This document shows positions 9,601 through 17,393 of a stretch of DNA of 64,000 nucleotides, piece by piece. Position numbers and translations under genes: made by a program. This DNA is from Candidatus Omnitrophota bacterium. GTDB lineage: Bacteria > Omnitrophota > Gorgyraeia > Duberdicusellales > 4484-171. The stretch's first letter is position 1. Every line of letters starts with the position of its first letter. Under the pieces are notes generated by a model that was not told the origin of the DNA, searched no databases, and was given only the letters and a program-made list of their open reading frames with translations. The DNA lies in assembly GCA_003154195.1 (NCBI GenBank), contig PMCS01000025.1, positions 16,662-80,661 on the forward strand. The letters run 5' to 3'.

Positions 9601-12327
9601 TCGCGGATCGCCATATCGAACCGCCGGACTGCCGGAAACAGCTTTCTTTTTCCCGGCGGCTGATGACGCTCGGCCGGCCGGGCTGGCGGCGGCGGAAAGC
9701 GGACTGGAATTGGACTTATTTCTACCCGGCGCAATTTTAATAAAATATGCTTTCGTATAATGCCCCGCCGGAACCTTTACCGTTCCATCTGTGACTTGAC
9801 CCCATTCAGTCTGATAAAATGTCGGCTCCTCACGCATCCCATCGTCGACATGTATAGATTTTATAAAACGGAAATCAAATCCGCTTTCTTTCAATCTAAG
9901 CGCCTCCGGTAATGAATCGAAAAACCCCTCTTGCGCCTCTAATTCCGCACGCACTTCCTCTACAAATTTTCTTTTTTTTCCATTGATAGCAATGATAGCC
10001 TTATAAACCGTTTCCGGATCGGTATTCGTAAATGCTCGATAAACTGCGGCTTCCGTTGACTTATCGCCAATCTTACCGAGAGCGTTACAAGCATCTCTAC
10101 GAATCCTTGGATTATAATCCTCCAAATCTCTGAGATAACGTTTTATCTTTAATTCCTTGGTTAACGATCTCATCTCGTCAAGAGCATCGTAAGCTGCCTT
10201 ACGAACATCACTATTTTTATGCGTTAATTTCTTAGTAAAAATCGGGACAGCGCGCTTGCCAATTTTTGCCAGTTTTCTAGCTGCATCATAATCACTGCCT
10301 ATGCGCTCGCTGAAATAACTTATAGGTAAAAACAATCGCCAGCTAAAATATACTAAAGGGGGAGTGAAAAGCCCTCCCCAAAAAGCACCAGTAATATCTA
10401 ACTCCTGCACAAATTCATTCCACTGGCGTTGCCAAAACGCCTCTGAAGACTCCGACATAATATTACCAAGAGCCTTTAAGTCACGTAAGGGTTCTCCGGC
10501 AAGTATCATTTGCACAGCATGGCCACCTAAATAATGCCCGAGAATCCCGCCACCTATTATTCCCGCAATAATTGATCCCCCAATCACCCACTTTGTCACC
10601 GCCGAACTTGTTACGTTTCCCGTAAGCACCGGACCATCGCACCAACCGTCTAATTTTATCGCCTTTAAATCATAATGAACCATTGCGCCAATTTCGGCGT
10701 CAGTTAACGCAAATCTATTACGCGTAAGAGTTATACTTCTAAATAAAGAGGCGATTACAAGCGAGCCTTTTTGTTTATCATATTCTGCATTCTCTTCCGC
10801 AACATGCTTCTTCCGTCTTCCTTCTACATTCACCAGCCTTTGTCTTTCATCCCAGCGAAACGAAGGCCTCTCGCCCTTCGTTCTTTCCCCTTTCCCCTTC
10901 CATCTTTCCTCTTTCTTGCTCCGTCTCTCACCTATAGTCTGCGGGATGATTGTCCCGAGAGAAGCCTGAGAACTAACCATAGACTCACTTTCCGCATTCA
11001 TTATCCCCAACCGCGCGGTAACCACTGTAGCCTCATTATTTTTTATAGGCGAACTTGAATCCAGCGGGCTGCAGGCAACCGTAGCCTGATAATCAAAAAA
11101 CCGCGCCATACTGGCTCCGCCGCTAAAGTACCGGCGCCGGACCGGTTTCTTTGTGGACCGGTCTAAATCTTTCTTGATGTAATCATAGACGCCTTTCTTG
11201 TAGGCTTCTAAGTACTGGCTGTAGATCTTCTGCTTGATCGCCGGGTCGGAGGTTTCGATACCTTTGGTTTTATTTTTATCGAAGTACCGGCTAAAAACGT
11301 TTAGCCCGTTGGGCCTGTTTAGCCCGTTAGAAGATTTTAACCCTGCAACCGGCTCAACGGACTCAACTGACTCAACGATTTGCCGCAAGCGACGCTTAAA
11401 CCACGCCGCCAGGATCACCGCACTACATACCTGGCGCAGTTGGCTGAAATTCTTGCCGTGGTTGACGTCCTGCTCGATTAAAGGAACAACTACTTCTTTC
11501 ATGACTTGGCTGGTCAATTCGTTTAGCCCGTTGAGTCCGTTTTGCCCGTTGGGCCCGTTAGGTCTGTTAGGAGATTTTAACCCTGCAACCGGCTCAACCG
11601 GCCTAACCGTCTTAACGCTTTTTTCCATAGCAACATAATCAGCTTCCATCATGACTTTAAGCGAAGACTCTCCGATTATGGCTTTATCACTATCTTCATA
11701 GATTTGAGCTTTATTGGGGATGATCCAGATTTTGTTGAAAGTATCGAAGGGTAAATTGTTTGTGCCAAAAAGCTTACTCGCTTGCGCGTAAACTTTTTTC
11801 CAGAAATTCTTTCCGATTTCACTTTCCGGATAAGTAACGCTGGCGGATAGTTGCTTCAAAACGTAGTCCTGAGACAGTAAATCTTTCCCTAAATCAGTTT
11901 GTCCCAAAGAATCGGCAACGATTCTTTGGGACTCGTAGGGGGAAAGGTTTACCCATAATTCATCTTCGGGAATAGTCAAAGCGGCAAGAAAATAGTTTAT
12001 CAGTTTTGTCGATTCGGATTTCAGCTCGTCAGATGCCAGGTTAGAATCGCCGCGATTGATGATAAAGTCAAATTTTAAAGGGTCGCTGGGGTAGAATTTA
12101 ATGCCCAGAAGCTGGGCCGGGGTATATTCCGGGCTGAGCGAAACCAGCGATGCCGGAGCAGGCATGTAGGACAGGGCGGAGCCCGGGACGGAAGCGCGGG
12201 CGTAACCTACCCCCAGGCTTGTCCCCAGAAACGAGACCAGCAAAATCACGATGGCCAACTTGCGATAAATTATTGAATGTGGTTTAGATAGTTTAAGCAG
12301 CATTATAATCCGGCCTGCGCCAGGCAA
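3676..12327 (-). CDS. Giant secreted multi-domain protein (2883 aa): signal peptide, conserved N-domain, TM/HEAT module, GH77/GH13-like glucanotransferase, amylo-alpha-1,6-glucosidase, HPr-like, HEAT, ECF sigma, C-terminal GGIDL
   Basis: Uninterrupted 8.65-kb ORF; TTG start with AAGGGAG RBS (alternative ATG at 12303); domain motifs are listed under findings. Confidence 0.9.
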   Translation of the reverse strand: MPGAGRIIMLLKLSKPHSIIYRKLAIVILLVSFLGTSLGVGYARASVPGSALSYMPAPASLVSLSPEYTPAQLLGIKFYPSDPLKFDFIINRGDSNLASDELKSESTKLINYFLAALTIPEDELWVNLSPYESQRIVADSLGQTDLGKDLLSQDYVLKQLSASVTYPESEIGKNFWKKVYAQASKLFGTNNLPFDTFNKIWIIPNKAQIYEDSDKAIIGESSLKVMMEADYVAMEKSVKTVRPVEPVAGLKSPNRPNGPNGQNGLNGLNELTSQVMKEVVVPLIEQDVNHGKNFSQLRQVCSAVILAAWFKRRLRQIVESVESVEPVAGLKSSNGLNRPNGLNVFSRYFDKNKTKGIETSDPAIKQKIYSQYLEAYKKGVYDYIKKDLDRSTKKPVRRRYFSGGASMARFFDYQATVACSPLDSSSPIKNNEATVVTARLGIMNAESESMVSSQASLGTIIPQTIGERRSKKEERWKGKGERTKGERPSFRWDERQRLVNVEGRRKKHVAEENAEYDKQKGSLVIASLFRSITLTRNRFALTDAEIGAMVHYDLKAIKLDGWCDGPVLTGNVTSSAVTKWVIGGSIIAGIIGGGILGHYLGGHAVQMILAGEPLRDLKALGNIMSESSEAFWQRQWNEFVQELDITGAFWGGLFTPPLVYFSWRLFLPISYFSERIGSDYDAARKLAKIGKRAVPIFTKKLTHKNSDVRKAAYDALDEMRSLTKELKIKRYLRDLEDYNPRIRRDACNALGKIGDKSTEAAVYRAFTNTDPETVYKAIIAINGKKRKFVEEVRAELEAQEGFFDSLPEALRLKESGFDFRFIKSIHVDDGMREEPTFYQTEWGQVTDGTVKVPAGHYTKAYFIKIAPGRNKSNSSPLSAAASPAGRASSAAGKKKAVSGSPAVRYGDPRDIIKDFPVPDWFLLDSAGNPTSGSILQMWPSRYADPKAANWEGHVNRRALVKAAAEAKATAILLSPVSMSAHWDKRKSQANVAKYAGDVDVAIAQYKTTGSFGDFEFIVDDSAYASISPWIINRGYHDIAEVEGEGDDLVAKYEYWERTDRDRLAKNFIKPMRTLADGRVNKGADALVLRILRDGWPGYLKFILKRFPQYRVSDLLQSSNEQIRALPIYKKLMNLVLFEQYWLHKFIRDLVDDARAHNVRALIDYPVAPSIVGVDSVHNPGVLVDNGRANPGVGDKKWDPLAIYSDYDYVRREIVAYLEYFGFSGMRGDALWQVRDKPGYWDSLTGEFKKHDWLMMPELLGSPEIHKLYRDALQRGWMPIITNWGAKWGEGGDGTIASRHILIDGEGGPRALDNHQWPPDGTGRRNDQDRYLMMMASHDWRNAAKILGLLDYRVPPAVACRIGMWFAGTTSAAYSPGPGWEQGDGRDFNRAPGEEVLWAYAPRDTGVDLVPELAIINNLRMRFPFMLNPRNSDIKVLGEHGRGVALQVERYSPDGKRAMVFVENFSGYPAQGHFWINHKHFNIDITKPFDLVDLSRAVDQKDCPRYTFTPGTDTVKVDGDYVGLYFSLEPAQVHAFYLDPAADYSVSSSSPVAKSKGGGDRGVKKEGGRKKVSVSGPVNIGADEAVWEFSDKNKTDTFVMPSGKTLVVRNKNSFMLRIRKHGEPARDIEARFNAQSGEYVAAVPGLETGSEYWMTFKWLGSGQWDHDEQARYGHKPRDYRIEVLPPYERMNEFDSALPFVRRVQNVFAGLMEAGENMVYFDPTLSVSRLSDGSNRYDPAIGWSIVAGFPSFGPTSYLRNWSRDTMLSLPGLLATGHVEAFKNIMCTYIRFVKQGLLPNFIGDGTNVNPGSIDSTMLMFWAIGEYLKATGDYAFLQTPISLAFGISGDRKKATILEILEDIMRAHREGIHLVYSDKGERNIDITVDSDGLLKGGNQNTNLTWMDGMVEGFGHIFTPRYGKPGEVNALWKNALSLMADIYGRTGDSSKRENYEARARLAEESFGKYWNEKKGCLYDTIDGDSKEAEMIRPNQMWAVALGLVEGEQAKRIMDKMMDELFTVYGFRTLSRDDPAYKPLRTDGNKEEAYHQGLVWTHLSGIGIQACIRVYGREKTIRLLAEKGYFSGLAKQLRDLHGIAEIFSGDNNLETEYNKTGAYKQAWSIFENLRALSLLFPKLYQKTARSSIEASLAREPVWSDKSARIYFAAPKNEAVTIQAQAPAQIHAGVIHPDGTWTDIRDIKLDEPVQGIGYQGVLPAGNQNAFIAKWPDGTEEGIYPIVRIDRDKEKARRQANVDKWYEGVKLAASPVEAWLDIKVMNSRGIHGWPSTVAARFSSQMKESFSDIAVHITNNNNNGVSVTLVGDQPTDIRLLLSLVVEFKHEVTVTLTSDGEHSPEVLDSLLLLWARLLTSKDILENTSEGPGRVSQLLEEMKSISEKEKRGGRGEGDEKQVRQSREPSRAGEKRQSLEELVAGLPGSFDSLLGRMFVDNEGDPQERALAAWRVGEERDPRALPSLAKAFYDNGTAPVVRIAVIEALGKVKPDDLRSPVADEVNRVIGDALNDEHPQVRAAAIEAFENIDHYRAEAGLEAIRGKGDGSKEKSGGKAPVGGAEPKTSSPLSRADRYRRFDAQEAIAGQLIAGFLSGDDKCFNKLYALYWQAIFNICVKQLNGDSDAASDAVQEIFAKLVKLLRSGSYQDKGRFLPYLRRIAIYTCIDEMRTRKKRNNRVLSLDDEQMTGVARQVIDRAPGTEHNIIQREQLEGCLSGLPDKERESLVLYYIYGFKCKEIGKILQLTKSSVMNYLSWGREKVKKNLEASKVAVRNGVASSSALSPTNSPSGGIDLKADKLNLEVKTVDSQMSDKQIKTKNINASSGVSNLPSAIYHLPSIDFNNFGGFRVEIMGMEEVKDLKTALGISGQEPPLKQYSKLP
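3803..3903. repeat. Heptamer-period inverted repeat element inside the giant protein C-terminus
   Basis: tagatgg tagatga tagatag cagacgg tagattg, an AT-rich spacer, then an inverted arm tatctgc..atctgac atctgac. Translated as SQMSDKQ...NLPSAIYHLPSI. Confidence 0.65.
11301..11617. repeat. Two copies of a 9-bp-period repeat element in frame in the giant protein N-domain
   Basis: Shared core GTTAG(A/G)AGATTTTAACCCTGCAACCGGCTCAAC at about 11326 and 11566. Both translate as VEPVAGLKS.N..N..NG.NGLN. Confidence 0.8.
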
Positions 12328-12414
12328 AATTCTCCCTTATTTTATTATAAGTATTAGTATATAACATATTTATTATGGAAATGCCAATCACGCGGCAAAA
12401 TTTATCCAAGAAAT

Positions 12415-12455
12415 AAAAAAGGCCTGCCCTTTTTATAAAGGGCAGGCCTTTTTTT
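12415..12455. terminator. Intrinsic terminator (A tract and T tract; ends the upstream - strand operon)
   Basis: AAAAAA GGCCTGCCCTTT-loop-AAAGGGCAGGCC TTTTTTT. Confidence 0.85.
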
Positions 12456-12511
12456 GCCGCTGCCTACAGCCTGTTTTCAGGCCACTCACTACAACGCGAT
12501 ACCGAAAACTG

Positions 12512-12874
12512 TTATTTTACTAACGCAATCGAAACCGCTTCGTTGGTTCCATTTTTTTTGGTAATATACTGCGTTTTGACTTTTTCTCCGGCAACAAGCT
12601 TATCGAAAGTAATCGGTTTGCCGTCGGCATCGGAGATAACCGTCGACGCCTTTACGGCCATGGTTAAATCTTTGTCCTTGGCTACGATGATTTTAATCGA
12701 AGCATCCGTAGCTTTTGCCGCATCGGCGGGAACAAGAGAATCGATGGTCCCGGAAACGGTCATCGCTACCGGCGCCTTGGCCTTTGCCTTTGCCGTTGCC
12801 GTTGTTTTCTGCTGAGCGAAACAAAGAGAACCGGCGGTCACCATCAAAACAAACAAAAATAATGCTTTCTTCAT
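12512..12874 (-). CDS. Small secreted protein (beta-rich, possibly OB-fold-like)
   Basis: Signal peptide MKKALFLFVLMVTAGSLCFA; G-rich RBS. Confidence 0.75.
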   Translation of the reverse strand: MKKALFLFVLMVTAGSLCFAQQKTTATAKAKAKAPVAMTVSGTIDSLVPADAAKATDASIKIIVAKDKDLTMAVKASTVISDADGKPITFDKLVAGEKVKTQYITKKNGTNEAVSIALVK

Positions 12875-12970
12875 ATCCCCACCCCCCCTTTTTTTTGGTA
12901 AAAATGTTCCTTATTTCCATGTTTCTTAAAATCACACCGCGTCTTTTTATATTTCTTATTACTTCATTTC

Positions 12971-13252
12971 TTATTGTTTCATTTCTGCTTGTTTTGGCTC
13001 TACTTGTTTTTTAGGCTTGCTTGGCGCGGCGCGCTTCTTGCTGTTTTTTGGCGCAACTTTCGCGGCCTTAGCTTTTCCCTTTTTATGCGTCGCGGATGTT
13101 TTTTTGGCCGGCGTTACCGAACCTGCCGTAGCGTTCCCCGCATTATTCATGCCGGGTGTTTCTTCCCCGCTTTTAGCAAAACTCATCCCGCAAATGCTGC
13201 CGGAAAAAACCAATGCGATAAAAAAACATACCATCTTTCTCATAACAATCAC
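12971..13252 (-). CDS. Small secreted Lys/Ala-rich low-complexity protein
   Basis: Signal peptide ending SFA; K/A/P-rich tail; GAAAGGGGG RBS; overlaps the upstream stop. Confidence 0.65.
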   Translation of the reverse strand: MIVMRKMVCFFIALVFSGSICGMSFAKSGEETPGMNNAGNATAGSVTPAKKTSATHKKGKAKAAKVAPKNSKKRAAPSKPKKQVEPKQAEMKQ

Positions 13253-13650
13253 CCCCTTTCCTTAATCGAAGCAATACCGCTACGGCATTCCTCCGATTGC
13301 GTTCCAAAGCTTTTATTGATTTTATCCATCAACTTACTAAAACCATCCGCTTTATCATGATAACCGAAAGCGCCGTCAATAAGGCGTTTCTGGTCTTCTA
13401 CCGAATAAACACTCGTAACGATTACCTTGACCTCCCGGTATACTAACGCGATGATACCAAAAAACTCATCGCCCCGTGCTTGCCCCATATTAATATCAAG
13501 CAAAACCAAATCGATAGGCTGTTCTTTCAATGCCGCGCCGGCCTCTACAGTATTAGCCGCCCCTAAGACCTTAAAACCGTAAGCCTCTAAATGGCGTCCG
13601 TAGATATTTCTTATCTTATCTTCATCGTCAACAATAAGAATTGTCTTCAT
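13249..13650 (-). CDS. Single-domain response regulator (receiver)
   Basis: ILIVDDE, LLDINM (phospho-Asp), VTS, DK. Confidence 0.85.
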   Translation of the reverse strand: MKTILIVDDEDKIRNIYGRHLEAYGFKVLGAANTVEAGAALKEQPIDLVLLDINMGQARGDEFFGIIALVYREVKVIVTSVYSVEDQKRLIDGAFGYHDKADGFSKLMDKINKSFGTQSEECRSGIASIKERG

Positions 13651-13724
13651 AAAAGATATTTATTATTGCAGAACAATGATAAAAGGACGGTTAAAAAAAG
13701 ATTAAAATTTTCTTATTTTGATGG

Positions 13725-15203
13725 TTAGCACAGCGGCAGGACAATCGTAAAGATACAGCCTTTCTCCGGTTTGTTATTCGCGGTAATATCCCCGTCGTGG
13801 GCAAGAGCGATAGACCGGGCGATGCTTAAGCCCAGGCCGATACCATGGGAATCGTTTTGTTTTTTACCGGGGACGCGGAAAAATTTATCAAAAATTTTAG
13901 TCAGATACTGCTCCGGTATACCCTCCCCGTTGTCGGAAATATTAATATGAATTTTACTGCCATTTACGGCGGCCAAGACATCAATATCGCCGAAGGGAGG
14001 GGTGAATTTAACGGCGTTATCCAGAATATTAAAAAATAACCGGCGCAGATGAACTTTATCGCCGTTGACGATAAAATGCCCCGCGGGAAGACCACAGCTA
14101 AAATTAATTTCCTTGGTCGATGACAGCACGCGAGCGTGTTCGCAGATTTCGGCGAGAAAAACTATAAAATCAAATTGTTCAAATTTAAATATATCCGTCC
14201 GGTAATCAAGCTGGGCCAAAAGAAACAAATCCTGGGTTGTCCTGATAATCTTATTAAGTTCATCGAGGCTTTCCCGTAAAACTCTTTTATATTCATCGGG
14301 CAAACGGTCTCTCTCTAAGGCCAGCTCGATTTCTCCTTTGACGATTGCCAACGGCGTCTTGAGCTCGTGGGCGACATGCGAGCTGAATTCATTAATATGG
14401 CCGAACGCTTTCTGCAAGCGGCTGATCATGGAATTAAAGGAATCGACGAGATATTTCATCTCCGTGTCGATTTGCCCGGCGGGGATACGCACGCCCAATT
14501 CATGATGGGATATATTATTGGCGATACGCGCTACTTCGGCTACGGGTTTTAAAATACTATAGGCAAGAAATTTACCGAGAAAGCTGGTCACGACAACGAT
14601 ACAGACGATACCCGCCAGGATGAATAAAAATAACCGGTTCAAGATGTGCTCGATATGCCCTGCCGGCGAGCCGATCAGGATAATACAACGAAGCGAGTTT
14701 TTGTATAAGAAAGGGCTCTCGATAAAACGAAAATAATTTTTTTTGATTTTAATGGTCTTATAGTTTTTCTTATTGTTGGCGCTGATGAACATTTTCCGCA
14801 GAAAATTACCGATTTCCTGAGGATAATTCGATGAAAATAAAAAAGACCGGCGGCCCACATCAAAAACATTAATATAATCTTCTTTCAGGCTGAGCGCCTC
14901 CACTTCCGCCCTCCAGAGATTATCGATGATTTTGCGGCTCTTACCCTCCAGGCCGACCGCCTCGATAAAAATACCGTTTTTCCGTGAAATAACGAAGGAA
15001 CCGGCGCGCGCCGGGCTGAGTTCTTCGGAAGCGTTTAGAAGAGAGGTGATTTCCGAAACTTTAATCCGCAGCTTTTCGTCAAAATCGGCGTAAAGGATAT
15101 GGCGAATCGATAAAAAAATAATCCCGCCGAAAATATCTAAAATAAAAAAAAGAATAATCGAATATAAAATGCTTGTTTTGAAACGGATGGAGTTGGCGCG
15201 CAT
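13725..15203 (-). CDS. HAMP sensor histidine kinase (CusS/ArlS-like)
   Basis: Two TM helices, HAMP, HELKTPL, NILDNAVKF, DNGEG, GIGLGL. Confidence 0.93.
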   Translation of the reverse strand: MRANSIRFKTSILYSIILFFILDIFGGIIFLSIRHILYADFDEKLRIKVSEITSLLNASEELSPARAGSFVISRKNGIFIEAVGLEGKSRKIIDNLWRAEVEALSLKEDYINVFDVGRRSFLFSSNYPQEIGNFLRKMFISANNKKNYKTIKIKKNYFRFIESPFLYKNSLRCIILIGSPAGHIEHILNRLFLFILAGIVCIVVVTSFLGKFLAYSILKPVAEVARIANNISHHELGVRIPAGQIDTEMKYLVDSFNSMISRLQKAFGHINEFSSHVAHELKTPLAIVKGEIELALERDRLPDEYKRVLRESLDELNKIIRTTQDLFLLAQLDYRTDIFKFEQFDFIVFLAEICEHARVLSSTKEINFSCGLPAGHFIVNGDKVHLRRLFFNILDNAVKFTPPFGDIDVLAAVNGSKIHINISDNGEGIPEQYLTKIFDKFFRVPGKKQNDSHGIGLGLSIARSIALAHDGDITANNKPEKGCIFTIVLPLC

Positions 15204-15206
15204 AGG

Positions 15207-15875
15207 CTAACCCTTCAACACGTAGCCCGTGCCCCGCAGGGAATGAATCAATTTTTGGGGATAGCCACCGTCGATTTTATTACGTAAATAGTTGATATAG
15301 ACATTGATGATATTAGAAAAACTATCGAAATCGTGGTGCCAGACATGTTCCGAGATCATCGTCCTGGTTACGATCTGGCCGGCGTTGAGCAGCAGATACT
15401 CCAGCAAGGCGTATTCGGTAGCGGTAAGTTTTATTTCTTTACCGGCGCGCACTACTTCATGAGTAAGCTGGTCAAGCTCTAAATCAGCGGCCTTAAGCCT
15501 GGTGGCCTTATCTTGCTGCCGACGCCGCAGGCAGGCGCGCACTCTCGCTAAGAATTCTTTGAAATCAAACGGCTTAGCTAAATAATCGTCGGCGCCGGCG
15601 TCAAGCCCTGACACCCTGTCTTCGATACCGCCCTTAGCGGTAAGCATCAGAACAGGGGTTGAATTTTTTTTAGCGCGCAGCTGGCGGCAGACATCCAGGC
15701 CGTCTTTACCCGGCAAAAGTACATCGAGGATTATCAAATCATACTGGTTGGTCTCCGCCTGGAACAAACCATCAATACCGTCATAAGCGTTATCGACGAT
15801 ATAATGCTGCTCCTTCAACCCGCGTTGGATAAAACTTGCCAACCGCTTTTCGTCTTCAATAACCAGTATCCGCAT
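15207..15875 (-). CDS. OmpR-family response regulator (CusR-like)
   Basis: MRILVIEDE, LDVLLP, GADDYLAKPF, winged helix NIINVYINYLRNKID...RGTGY. Confidence 0.95.
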   Translation of the reverse strand: MRILVIEDEKRLASFIQRGLKEQHYIVDNAYDGIDGLFQAETNQYDLIILDVLLPGKDGLDVCRQLRAKKNSTPVLMLTAKGGIEDRVSGLDAGADDYLAKPFDFKEFLARVRACLRRRQQDKATRLKAADLELDQLTHEVVRAGKEIKLTATEYALLEYLLLNAGQIVTRTMISEHVWHHDFDSFSNIINVYINYLRNKIDGGYPQKLIHSLRGTGYVLKG

Positions 15876-15901
15876 AGGCTATATTTTTTCCCCCGCTTAT
15901 T

Positions 15902-17275
15902 TTATTCAAGCTCGACGATGCGCCAGGAAACCCGGTCTAAAGGGATATTGCCCAGATAAGTATTGGCGCTGGTGAAAATGCGCCGGGGGTTACCCAGCGC
16001 GTTAAGCGAAACAGAAACGGTTATCGCCTTGCCGCCCTTTCTTATCTGCAAATCGGACTTGCGCAATTTAACCCCCTGGCACACAACCCTGATCCACAGC
16101 ATACCAAGCCGAATATGTAATTTCGGCATATCGCGAAAATCTTTATCTTTACGATAGCCAAAAATATGCATCGAAATGCCGACCGTTTTGGCTAACGGCC
16201 GGGATAACTCGATTCTGATGATCAGCCTGTCTTTATTACGGCGCACAAAACGCTTCTCGATCCCGACAAAGGCAGCTTTTTCCTCGGCGGTTAATTCTTC
16301 CGGCCCGGAGCCGTCGTCGCCGGAAACATGCTGCGTTAAATCGTATTCGGCGGAGGCAGGTTCAAGCTTCACCACGGGAAAATCGCCGAATATCTCATTA
16401 GACCGGACAAAAGAAAGAAGGTTGCGCTTGCCGGAATCATATTGTGAACGATGCGCCCTTATTGCCGCATATTTATTTTCGACCGATTGACGGGAAAGAC
16501 TATGGCCGAACCATTTTATCTCCCGCTGGAAAAATTGCGGTATAGCCATTTCCCGGGAAGGGTAATAGCCTGAAGGCGACGGCCAATCCTTACAATGTAT
16601 CAGATAAGGAAAAATCATGGCCCGGCCTTCGTATCCTAAATCCCAGATTGCCACCTGCGTAAAAAGGTAAAAGGCGCGATGGTCGGGATTATTGTCCGAG
16701 GGATGAGAAAGAAAAATCTCGGTAGGTTTAAATTCTTCAATAATCGTCTTTAAATCTTTTACTATTTCTTCACCCTTGTAGGCGGCGCCGGAACGAAACG
16801 CGCTGGAGTAAGGCACCCGCGTTACCTCCATCAGCATCCCCTTGCCCGGCGGCCGGCGGCCCCAGTGATACAACCAGATATCCAAAGTTTTAAAATCGGG
16901 GTACCCTAAAAACACCAGTTGCGACGGCAATACGCCAAGGACTTTATCGGCGGCCAGCGCTTCGTCATGGCGAACCACCCCCATCGCCTCCGCCCCTTTG
17001 GGCATAACCACGGGATATTTGCGATAGAACAAAAATGACCACTGGTTATTATCCCCGTAGGTCAAAAAAACTATTTTCAACGGCAGTTTATTTTTAACCG
17101 CCTCCTGGATAATACCGCCGCAACCCAATACTTCGTCATCAGGATGAGGCGCAAGGACAAGAATACGCTCGCCCTTGCTGAAAGATATCCCATCCGCCGC
17201 CGCCTGGCCGAAGCTGTCGGCGGGAATAAGCAATATCGCGATAATTACAAAAAACAATAATAGTTTTTTTGACAT
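15902..17275 (-). CDS. Secreted PIG-L/LmbE-family deacetylase with C-terminal extension
   Basis: Signal peptide, APHPDDE, NPDH, HRSQ. Confidence 0.88.
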   Translation of the reverse strand: MSKKLLLFFVIIAILLIPADSFGQAAADGISFSKGERILVLAPHPDDEVLGCGGIIQEAVKNKLPLKIVFLTYGDNNQWSFLFYRKYPVVMPKGAEAMGVVRHDEALAADKVLGVLPSQLVFLGYPDFKTLDIWLYHWGRRPPGKGMLMEVTRVPYSSAFRSGAAYKGEEIVKDLKTIIEEFKPTEIFLSHPSDNNPDHRAFYLFTQVAIWDLGYEGRAMIFPYLIHCKDWPSPSGYYPSREMAIPQFFQREIKWFGHSLSRQSVENKYAAIRAHRSQYDSGKRNLLSFVRSNEIFGDFPVVKLEPASAEYDLTQHVSGDDGSGPEELTAEEKAAFVGIEKRFVRRNKDRLIIRIELSRPLAKTVGISMHIFGYRKDKDFRDMPKLHIRLGMLWIRVVCQGVKLRKSDLQIRKGGKAITVSVSLNALGNPRRIFTSANTYLGNIPLDRVSWRIVELE

Positions 17276-17393
17276 TTATTGCCTGAAACTACGGGGATAT
17301 GCTACTTACTCACTTCGTTCCCTTTTTTATCTTTCGATAAGTATATTTTTATATCACAGCTTAGAAAAAAATCAATAGCCCTTTCGCTGACGG

